Shown here piece by piece: positions 52,720 through 60,570 of a DNA stretch of 64,000 nucleotides. The stretch is from an uncultured delta proteobacterium (lineage in GTDB: Bacteria > Desulfobacterota > RBG-13-43-22). A model generated the notes under the pieces. The model did no database searches. It had not been told where the DNA came from and saw only the letters and a program-made list of their open reading frames with translations. Position numbers and translations under genes: made by a program. The DNA lies in NCBI GenBank assembly GCA_963782435.1, contig CAWAKF010000032.1, forward strand, positions 23,400 through 87,399, read 5' to 3'. The stretch's first letter is position 1; the number at the start of each line of letters is the position of its first letter.

Positions 52720-55386
52720 ATGAAACGCATTGTATTTGTCTACGACATTGAAAAATCAAAATTCCATCGCCAATTTACGGTCCGGCTGGAAGAACGGATG
52801 CTGTCCGGCCAACGGTGGGAAAAAACAGGTAAAACCAGAATCTACTTTGCTTCCGATTTGGCTGAATTAAGGGCCGCTTTTGCCAATCCCGGCCTGGCGA
52901 GAGATGCCCTGCAAAGCGAGATGGAACTACGGAAAACCGAAGGTAAATCCATCTCCGACAATATGGAATTGACCAGGCTCAGAATTTCACCCGGCAATAT
53001 TAAAAGCTTTTTGAACCAATGCTCCTCCTGGGGTGTCCTGTGCAATGAAAATGGAGAGGTACTGAACTTTAACATTCTAAACAATGTCAAACCGGACATT
53101 CATATTCATGCCGACGCCATCGATCTCTTCATGCAAGACAAGAATTACCTGGATTGCGACTACACGGTGTTTTCAGGAACGGTCCTGGTTTTTTTTCAAT
53201 CCACCCTTTTTCTGTTTAATCGGAATTATCTGGATGTTCTGAGAAAGATGACCTATGGCCGCCCGCTTCAGCCCGATGAATTGGAACAAGCCAAAGGGCT
53301 GCTATCTCAGCAGGCAAATGATTTGAATTTTGTTTTTTCAACAGATCAAAACAGGTTAACCATCACCTCATTTGTTCCCGTATTCGATTTGGCTCCAAAC
53401 TTAAAATTCGCCAATCTTTACTTCGATTATGACGGCACCTTTATTGACTTTAAGGCGCCGGAAACGACATGGACCAATATTGACCAGCGCAAGACTATCA
53501 AACGTGATGAGGAAAAAGAGAAAGGTTTTGTCGATCAATTGATTCAACGCGGGCTGAGGCGACCGACGTCCAATGGGGATTTTTTTCTCAGTTCGTTAAA
53601 ACGCATGGAAACCCTCAAGTGGTTGGAGCGCAAAGGTTTTCAACTTTCAGTCGATAGGAGAAAGCTGAACCTCGACCATCAATTGCATTTGGAAATAGGG
53701 GTTGAAAAAAAGACAATCCTTGTCAGCGGCACGGTGGCTGACGGACAATCGTCCATTGCGGTTCAAGACGTGGTTTCCGCCATAAATGAAAATCGTTCAT
53801 GGTTTCGTTTTGACGACGGCAGCGTCGGCTTGACATCGCCGTTGAAAGACGAGCTTAATGCCCTGCGGCCTTTTTGCAAGGGTAACCGAATCACCATTCC
53901 CAAGCACCAATTTGCCCTGCTGTCGGAAAAACTTGTTGAAAACGAGCCCACCCGCATTGACCCTCAATTCCAGGACTTAAAAGATTTCCAGCGTGCCGAC
54001 ACGCGACTTAAACCTTTCGACCCGCCAACACCCCTGGAACCGGTCCTTAGGCCTTATCAGGCCTACGGCTATACGTGGCTGTGCAATTTGAAACAACTGG
54101 GTTTCGGCGGCATTTTGGCCGACGATATGGGATTGGGAAAAACACTGCAGGTGCTGGCGCTTCTGCTCAGGCTCAAACAAAACGGAGCCAAGACGCTGTT
54201 GGTGGTCCCGAAAACTCTGATAGACAATTGGGAATTGGAAATACTGAAATTCACCCCAAAACTGTCCTATATCATCCATCGCCGTCAGAGGCAGCCGGTG
54301 GCGCTGGATAGTGTCGATCTGGTTATCACAACCTACGGGCTCGTTCGTTCCGATGTCGAAGTGTTCAAAAAAAATCACTGGGACACAATGATTCTTGACG
54401 AGGCTCAAAACATTAAAAACTACAATACCGATACCAGCCGTAAAATTAGGAAGATTCCGGCCGACTTCAAACTCGCACTCACCGGCACCCCCATGGAAAA
54501 CAGTTTAACCGATTTGTACAGTATTTTCGAATTTATCATGCCGGCCTTTTTTGGTTCATTGAAAGCGTTTAAGCAAAACTATCCCCCGCACAACCAGGAG
54601 GCCTACAAAACCCTGCGGCAGCTTACAAAACCCTTTATATTAAGACGATTGAAACGCCAGGTGTGCCATGAACTGCCGTCAAAGACGGAAATATTCATTT
54701 TTTGTGAATTATACCAAAACCAGGCCGAGGAGTATCAAAAGGCACTTCATTCTGTACGGGTCAAACTCACCGAAGAAGAACAGTCCCGTTCATCCATGAA
54801 TATCCTCACTGCCCTGCTGCGCTTGCGGCAGATCGCGTGTAACTTAAAACTGCTCTCGGATAAATACAGCACCAAAAGCGGTAAACTGGACAGGGTTTTG
54901 GAAATGGCCGATGAAATCCTTCAAGGGGGAAATAGTATTCTTGTCTTTTCCCAATTTACAAAACACCTCGATATCGTGAAGCAGGTCCTCAGAAAACAAT
55001 CCATTAACTATTATTATCTGGATGGTACGACGCGGAATCGGATGGCCATCGTCAAAAATTTTCAACAAGAAAAAAAGGCCTGTATTTTTTTAATTTCACT
55101 AAAGACCGGCGGAGTCGGCCTTAATCTTACAAATGCCAACTACGTCTTCTTGCTGGATCCGTGGTGGAATCCGGCAGTTGAAAACCAGGCCATCGACCGG
55201 TGCTATCGCATCGGCCAATCCGATCCGGTCACCGTCTATCGCTTCATCAGTAAAGGGTCCATTGAGGAAAAAATTATGACCCTTAAGGAGAGAAAGCGGC
55301 AGATGGAAGATCATGTAATCAACGTGACGGATATGGAAAGCATCCCGCTTTCGGAGGGGGAGCTTAAACAGCTGATGATGGACTGA
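52720..55386 (+). CDS. SNF2-family DNA-dependent ATPase/helicase with an uncharacterised 440-aa N-terminal domain
   Basis: Motif I GLGKT, DEAQ box (ILDEAQNIKN), HELICc motifs (ISLKTGGVGLNLTNANYVFLLDPWWNPAVENQAIDRCYRIGQ). Confidence 0.85.
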   Translation: MKRIVFVYDIEKSKFHRQFTVRLEERMLSGQRWEKTGKTRIYFASDLAELRAAFANPGLARDALQSEMELRKTEGKSISDNMELTRLRISPGNIKSFLNQCSSWGVLCNENGEVLNFNILNNVKPDIHIHADAIDLFMQDKNYLDCDYTVFSGTVLVFFQSTLFLFNRNYLDVLRKMTYGRPLQPDELEQAKGLLSQQANDLNFVFSTDQNRLTITSFVPVFDLAPNLKFANLYFDYDGTFIDFKAPETTWTNIDQRKTIKRDEEKEKGFVDQLIQRGLRRPTSNGDFFLSSLKRMETLKWLERKGFQLSVDRRKLNLDHQLHLEIGVEKKTILVSGTVADGQSSIAVQDVVSAINENRSWFRFDDGSVGLTSPLKDELNALRPFCKGNRITIPKHQFALLSEKLVENEPTRIDPQFQDLKDFQRADTRLKPFDPPTPLEPVLRPYQAYGYTWLCNLKQLGFGGILADDMGLGKTLQVLALLLRLKQNGAKTLLVVPKTLIDNWELEILKFTPKLSYIIHRRQRQPVALDSVDLVITTYGLVRSDVEVFKKNHWDTMILDEAQNIKNYNTDTSRKIRKIPADFKLALTGTPMENSLTDLYSIFEFIMPAFFGSLKAFKQNYPPHNQEAYKTLRQLTKPFILRRLKRQVCHELPSKTEIFIFCELYQNQAEEYQKALHSVRVKLTEEEQSRSSMNILTALLRLRQIACNLKLLSDKYSTKSGKLDRVLEMADEILQGGNSILVFSQFTKHLDIVKQVLRKQSINYYYLDGTTRNRMAIVKNFQQEKKACIFLISLKTGGVGLNLTNANYVFLLDPWWNPAVENQAIDRCYRIGQSDPVTVYRFISKGSIEEKIMTLKERKRQMEDHVINVTDMESIPLSEGELKQLMMD

Positions 55387-55419
55387 GAGGCCCTGGGTCA
55401 GCCGCCAATGCCGTTCAAT

Positions 55420-55981
55420 TCCTTAAAGAAGAAGGAGAGTCAGGTCTAATTTCTTAGCATTCTACTTTATAACAAGAAAATAAACCCTGGGTGGCGCAAA
55501 CTTCCCGCATCAAGGAATCAGGTTTAAAACTCTATTTAAAATATTTCTTTGCAAATTAGCCGGTTATACTCTATAATTCCCTTCAGCCTTAATATTTCAA
55601 ATCCCTTGAGACCTTTGAAAAATGTTCAATTTTTGTCAAGGTCAAGGAAGGCGAAAATTTCAACCACAGGAATATGTTTAATATTTCGAGGATTGAAATT
55701 TGAGCCTGACGCAGAGATTGAGCAAAAGGGGGCATTTTTCAAAGGTCTCACCCTTCTTTAAGATCTTAAGGAGACTTATGGCCCAGATCCATATCTCAAA
55801 AGATCCACTTAATATAACACCCATTTCAGGTAAGATTCAGATGGTGCCCCAGGTTCCGACCTTCAGATGTAAACAGGATCAGGGTGTGTTTAAATTGAAC
55901 AAAAAACCTGCTAAGCATAGAAAACAGGTGTTGAACAACTGAATTAAAATAATTAAATCAATTAAATAAGGAGACTTTGAA
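55420..55981 (+). repeat. Promoter-leader cassette, copy A (most complete): sigma-70 promoter TTGCAA-17-TATAAT (55549-55577), a 150-bp insert bounded by 17-bp inverted repeats (55608-55758), the cttaagatcttaag palindrome, and a 54-aa leader ORF
   Basis: About 90% identical to copy B over 350 bp, then diverges in the 3' half of the leader ORF. Confidence 0.75.
55778..55942 (+). CDS. Conserved leader small ORF of the cassette (54 aa; MAQIHISKDPLNITPISGKIQ...)
   Basis: AAGGAG RBS 7 nt upstream. The N-terminal 20 codons are conserved in copies B and C. The C-terminal half diverges but keeps amino-acid similarity with copy B. Confidence 0.4.
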   Translation: MAQIHISKDPLNITPISGKIQMVPQVPTFRCKQDQGVFKLNKKPAKHRKQVLNN

Positions 55982-56344
55982 ATGATCGAGAAAATATCTG
56001 ATCTACCGGACAATGTCCTCGGCTTCACCGCTAAGGGGACGGTAACCGCGAATGACTACGAGTCCGTTATCATTCCAGCCGTGGAGGGACTGTTCTCTCG
56101 CCAGGGGAAGGTTCGGTTCCTCTATCATCTCGGTGAAGACCTAACGGGATTCGACGCCGCCGCTATGTGGGACGACACGAAATTGGGTCTGAAGCACCTC
56201 TCCGGCTGGGAGAGAATGGCAATCGTATCGGACATCGAATGGGTTAGAGCGGCGATCAAGATCTTTGGGTTTATAATCCCCGGGCATTTTCGCGTGTTTC
56301 ATAACAACGAACTCGCCGAGGCAAAACAATGGATCAGCGAGTAA
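55982..56344 (+). CDS. STAS/SpoIIAA-like domain protein
   Basis: 120 aa, resembling the STAS/SEC14-like family (DUF3478-type). Confidence 0.55.
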   Translation: MIEKISDLPDNVLGFTAKGTVTANDYESVIIPAVEGLFSRQGKVRFLYHLGEDLTGFDAAAMWDDTKLGLKHLSGWERMAIVSDIEWVRAAIKIFGFIIPGHFRVFHNNELAEAKQWISE

Positions 56345-56602
56345 CTTACCCGCTGCTTAGGGATGAAGGCCGCCAATCAGGCCGTAGGACAATCATGGGA
56401 AGCACAAAATAAAAAAGGCCAAACCAAATTAGATTTGAGTCGATCCTAAAACCCTTTTTTCCCGTTCCGACCGGGATTCAAGAAACCTTGGCTGATTTAC
56501 GAGTTATTGGGTAAAGGGTTTAATCATTATAGGTGGCATGATTTTTCTCCTTGACCCCACGTTTCCCTTATTTTATACTTTTTTATCAAAAGGTTATAAA
56601 TA

Positions 56603-56944
56603 ATGGGGCAGAGCAGTCCAACTTTGTTAACTGAAGATCGGGTTCTTGAAGTAATGGTGGACCGATTGATAGCGGCCTTTCAGCCGGACCGAATTTATCT
56701 TTTTGGATCGAAAGCCCGAGAAGATTCAAAGGCAGACAGTGACTATGACTTGATGGTTATCGTCTCGGACGATGCTCCATTTGAAAAACGGCGAAGCCGC
56801 TTAGCTTACCAGGTGCTTCGAGGAACTCGGACAGCCGCTGATGTCTTGGTCTGGACCAAAACAGCTTTTGATAAACGCCTTCATATTCCATCCTCATTGC
56901 CTTCCCTAATAGAACGAGAAGGGAAGCTGCTTTATGCCGCATGA
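56603..56944 (+). CDS. Minimal nucleotidyltransferase (MNT), HEPN/MNT toxin-antitoxin module component
   Basis: GS(x)n...DxD motif LFGSKAREDSKADSDYDLMVIV. Confidence 0.7.
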   Translation: MGQSSPTLLTEDRVLEVMVDRLIAAFQPDRIYLFGSKAREDSKADSDYDLMVIVSDDAPFEKRRSRLAYQVLRGTRTAADVLVWTKTAFDKRLHIPSSLPSLIEREGKLLYAA

Positions 56945-57110
56945 TCCGATATTGGTCTTAGAGGTCAAGGGTTGGCTCAAAAAAGCAGTTATCGATATCC
57001 GGGCGATATAGAGGAACCTGCTCAAGAAGAGTCGGAAGAAGCCCTCCAAGTGGCCCAAACAATTTATCAGGAGATTCTTAAGCGTTTGCCTGTGGATGTC
57101 TGTCCTGATT
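56941..57110 (+). pseudogene. HEPN-domain partner remnant: a 25-codon N-terminus plus an out-of-frame C-terminal tail, with the middle deleted
   Basis: Start overlaps the MNT stop (ATGccgcaTGA). MPHDPILVLEVKGWLKKAVIDIRAI stops, then a second frame gives a HEPN-like C-terminal helix ...AQTIYQEILKRLP. The Rx4-6H core is missing. Confidence 0.4.
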
Positions 57111-57343
57111 AGACGCAAAGAGGGAAGGCTTAAGACGGGAAGAAGATGGTTTTCATGTTGGCAGAGATCTACATAGATCTCGAATACGGAGGTTGTGAAC
57201 CATGCTCCCTTCTTTCTCTGATTAATCTTGAACAAAAAACAACACTCAAAACAAAACGTTCCACCGGATCGCCCGAAAACCGGGCTTCCCGGTGAACTCT
57301 GCGTTGGCCTACAAAGGACGTAATCTGTATACGAGGAGGGACA

Positions 57344-57736
57344 ATGACAAGCACGCCGCAAACCGTATTTGTCGCCACAAGCAAGCGCTTCTATCCCGAG
57401 GCGAAGCTGATATGCGAGCGCCTGAAGGCCGCGGGTCTTCAAGTCTTTCATCCATACTTCGATCGTGATCAGGGGGCGATCGAGATGAATCTCGAAACGA
57501 AGGCTGCCGTCACGCGGGAGCACTTTCCGGAGATTGATGCCATCGACGTCCTTTACGCCTTCATGCCGATAGGGTACGCAGGGATCAGCGTGGCAGTCGA
57601 GATGTCATACGCGTTCGCCAAGGGCAAGCGCGTCATTGTCTCGGAGCCTCCAACAGATGGGGCCCTTCGCGCCCTGATGTCACAATCGATTCGCCCGGAA
57701 GACTTCATCGTGTCTATCTCGGCAGCTACGCAATGA
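57344..57736 (+). CDS. Hypothetical Rossmann-like protein, nucleoside 2-deoxyribosyltransferase-like; GC-rich
   Basis: C-terminal GISVAVEMSYAFAKGKRVIV resembles the G..E.GyA.a.GKpv motif of the nucleoside 2-deoxyribosyltransferase-like family. About 58% GC. Confidence 0.35.
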   Translation: MTSTPQTVFVATSKRFYPEAKLICERLKAAGLQVFHPYFDRDQGAIEMNLETKAAVTREHFPEIDAIDVLYAFMPIGYAGISVAVEMSYAFAKGKRVIVSEPPTDGALRALMSQSIRPEDFIVSISAATQ

Positions 57737-57905
57737 GGCATCTTCCAAACAGGGGTCGGACCGGCCCGACCCTAAAATAAAAATAACAGTGTAACTTTGG
57801 GGACCTTGGTTCTCGGAATGCCTTGCTCAAGGTGCAATTTAGTCCTTGACCTTCGGAATATATGGTATATACTATTAGTATTACCTACTTGAAGGGAGGA
57901 TTATC

Positions 57906-58145
57906 ATGTCCAGGACGCTATCACTTAAAATGCGAGATGACATTTTTTCAGAAACCGAAGAGGTTATCGACACGATCCATACATCTAGAAATGCTTACAT
58001 TAACGATGCCTTGAGCTTTTACAATAAGTTTATGAAGCGACGCATCCTGAAAAAGCTGCTAAAAAAAGAGTCTATTTTGGTATCGGAAACATCACTTGAG
58101 GCGCTACAGGAATTAGAACTTATTGAAGACAAGCTGCCCAAATGA
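57906..58145 (+). CDS. Ribbon-helix-helix antitoxin partner of MazF
   Basis: N-terminal RHH-like segment. Its stop overlaps the mazF-like start as ATGA. Confidence 0.5.
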   Translation: MSRTLSLKMRDDIFSETEEVIDTIHTSRNAYINDALSFYNKFMKRRILKKLLKKESILVSETSLEALQELELIEDKLPK

Positions 58146-58483
58146 AGCCGATCAAATTCCATGTGTATACAGCCGACCTCAATCCCCGCTTCGGCACTGA
58201 ACCCGGCAAGATCCGGCCGGTGATTGTCGTCCAAACGAATCTCTTGAATGAGAACCATCCCAGCACCATCATTTGCCCCATCACCACAAAAATTCAACTG
58301 GGGGCAGACATTCTGCGCATTCATCTAAAAAAAGGCGAGGCGGGACTTGAGCATGATTCAGATATTATCGTCGATCAGATACGTTCGATCGACAACCGGA
58401 GGTTTCTTGATCATCTTGGAGCGATTTCGGATAAAAACAAACGACTTTTTCTGTCCAGCCTTCGAATTGTGATCCTTGAATAG
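58142..58483 (+). CDS. MazF/PemK-family endoribonuclease toxin
   Basis: PemK signature ...TEPGKIRPVIVVQTN....ICPITT. Confidence 0.75.
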   Translation: MKPIKFHVYTADLNPRFGTEPGKIRPVIVVQTNLLNENHPSTIICPITTKIQLGADILRIHLKKGEAGLEHDSDIIVDQIRSIDNRRFLDHLGAISDKNKRLFLSSLRIVILE

Positions 58484-58644
58484 GAGAAGTACATAAGGTG
58501 ATTGACCATCTGATTTGGGGATCTGAGGAATATATGGGTTCGTTCAACCAGTCGTTCAAGCGGCCATGCCGCTTAACTCATCGTTGGCGCCGCCTGCGGC
58601 GTCGTCAATGTGGCGTTGCCCCTATTGGGTCCATAGGAATAAAA

Positions 58645-58705
58645 GGGACGTTTCTCTTTAAAGCGAAATAAAAAACAATCAGAACCGTCCCCTAAATTTT
58701 AATTT
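58645..58705 (+). repeat. 65-bp repeat, copy 2 (see 46814..46875)
   Basis: gggacgtttctctttaaagcgaaataaaaaacaatcagaaccgtcccc, then an A/T-rich tail. Confidence 0.6.
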
Positions 58706-58761
58706 CAGGCGGTTTTGGGAATATTCAAGGACATCAGACAGATCCCCCACCGGCCGTAGTG

Positions 58762-58882
58762 GTCATGGGGGTCAAATCTTTTATCTTTACATTTCAAAAT
58801 GTTTCCTTAGAAAAAAAGGGGGGCTTTGAGGAGTGTGCGCCAGCAAAAAGTCGAGGATAAAGAATTGACCCCAATTTTGCAA
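58762..58882 (+). repeat. 120-bp repeat (gtcatggggg-tcaaatcttttatctttacatttcaaaatgtttccttag...gtgtgcgccagcaaaaagtcgaggataaagaattgacc...gcaa), copy 1, upstream of the nitroreductase
   Basis: About 88% identical to 63780..63900. Confidence 0.6.
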
Positions 58883-58998
58883 TCATATCTGGCACATAAC
58901 CCATCGGTGCCCGAAACAGGGATGTTTGATTGGTTGGATGGAGTTCTTAATTATCAAATTCCGGCTTGTCCGGATTAGGAGTGTGAAACCGATTATAT

Positions 58999-59604
58999 TT
59001 GGCAGGAGGAAAAGATATGAGCCTAAATAACGAAGTCTTAAATTGCATTCATGAACGAAGGAGTACGCGTCGATTTACTGACCAACAAATATCATCGGAA
59101 CAACTGGATGCTTTGCTTGATGCCGCAATATGGGCGCCCAGTGGCGGCAACAATCAAAGTTGGTTATTTACGGCTATCCAGAAAAAAGATGTGCTTCTCC
59201 ATTTGAATGAGCTTGTTCGTGAAGGATTTCAACATTGGATACCTGATGACGATTACCCCGGAAAGCTCGCTATGAAGAAGGTTTCACAAAAGGAAGGCTA
59301 TAACTTTTATCACAAAGCACCAACGCTCATTATTGCCTCCAATAAATCGAATTACGAAAATGCAATGGCAGATTGTGCCCTGGCGCTCCAGAATATTTTC
59401 CTTGCGGCTCAGTCTCTGGGGTTGGGAAGTTGTTATATCAACCAACTTCATTGGCTTCGGGATGATCCGAGTGTCCGCGCATATCTGTTTGAATTGGGCA
59501 TCCCAAAGGAGCATACGATCTGCTCTTCCGCGGCTATCGGTTTTATAGGTAAGGAATCGACCGCGCCTATTCGTAAAGAAGGTACGATACACATTATTCG
59601 ATAA
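58999..59604 (+). CDS. Nitroreductase-family protein (FMN-dependent)
   Basis: RRSTRRF...WAPSGGNNQ nitroreductase N-terminal signature. Confidence 0.8.
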   Translation: MAGGKDMSLNNEVLNCIHERRSTRRFTDQQISSEQLDALLDAAIWAPSGGNNQSWLFTAIQKKDVLLHLNELVREGFQHWIPDDDYPGKLAMKKVSQKEGYNFYHKAPTLIIASNKSNYENAMADCALALQNIFLAAQSLGLGSCYINQLHWLRDDPSVRAYLFELGIPKEHTICSSAAIGFIGKESTAPIRKEGTIHIIR

Positions 59605-59623
59605 AGTATTAAATGTGTGAATG

Positions 59624-59722
59624 GGGGATGCCCTTTGTATATTTACATTTGATTGTGAAGATTTGATTAAGGGGGAGTTTTCGAAAAGTAATATTGAATG
59701 TAAATATACAAAGGACATTCCA
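59624..59722. repeat. MITE-like inverted-repeat element, copy 2, 20 bp downstream of the nitroreductase stop
   Basis: Arms ggggatgccctttgtatatttacatttgatt / aatattgaatgtaaatatacaaaggacattcca. Spacer about 85% identical to copy 1. Confidence 0.65.
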
Positions 59723-59739
59723 TCGATAGTCCCCTGCGG

Positions 59740-60155
59740 TTAAAATATTTCTTTGCAAATTAGCCGGTTATATTCTATAATTCCCTTCAGCAATAATATT
59801 TCAAATCCCTTGAGACCTTTGAAAAATGTTCAATTTTGGTCAAGGTCAAGGAAGGCGAAAATTTTGACCACAGGAATATGTTTAATATTTCGAGGATTGA
59901 AATTTGAGCCTGACGCAGAGATTGACCAAAAGGGGGCATTTTTCAAAGGTCTCACCCTTCTTTAAGATCTTAAGGAGACTCATGGCCCAGATCCATATCT
60001 CAAAAGATCCACTTAATATAATACCCGTTTCCGGCAAGATTGAGATTTTTTCCCAGATTCTGACCCTCAGATGGAAACAGAAGCAAGTTTTGTTCAAATT
60101 GAACGGGAACCCCCTAAGTATAGAAATCAGGTGTTGAACAACTTAATTAAAATAA
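59740..60155 (+). repeat. Promoter-leader cassette, copy B: promoter 59756-59784, the 150-bp insert, the palindrome, and a 51-aa leader ORF (59982..60137). No downstream cargo gene. It abuts the IS91-like element.
   Basis: Near-identical to copy A through the leader N-terminus. The sequence beyond 60160 is AT-rich, then the IS91 end begins. Confidence 0.7.
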
Positions 60156-60570
60156 TAATATCAATTGAATATGGCATATTTATTTTTATTTAAAATGATC
60201 AATATTAATTCCTCTTGGTAGTTGAAAAGAAACTATTCAATAACTTGTTCTCGGCGACTGCGTCGCCGAGAATCGCGGCGCTGATTTCGTCCAGCGCCTT
60301 GTCCTGGCGCCTTGCGCCAGAACGAATAAGGATAGATTGTGAGAGCGAAGCGAACCACAATCTTATCCGTTTGGTTGAACGAGCCCGATTACTTTATATA
60401 AGGAAATATCTTTTTTGAGAAGGAGTTTTAAGAGAAGCTTTAAAGAGATGCACCCTGTTCAGGGCGTAGGGGTACCTTAGCATTTAACATGCTTAAAAAA
60501 AACTGGATTATTTCATAAAGTGTTAGGCCTCCAGATGGAAGTTACAGTCAGCCCTTGCCATAGAGGTAAA

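Noticed and set aside
55549-55761. 70-aa ORF MQISRLYSIIPFS... (and its paralogue at 59753..59965)
   Set aside because: It starts at the TTG of the TTGCAA -35 box and runs through the promoter and the inverted-repeat insert. Its conservation is explained by the conserved non-coding cassette.
56906-57523. 205-aa minus-strand ORF spanning the HEPN remnant and the 57344 gene
   Set aside because: It is antisense to better-supported features and has no recognisable domains.
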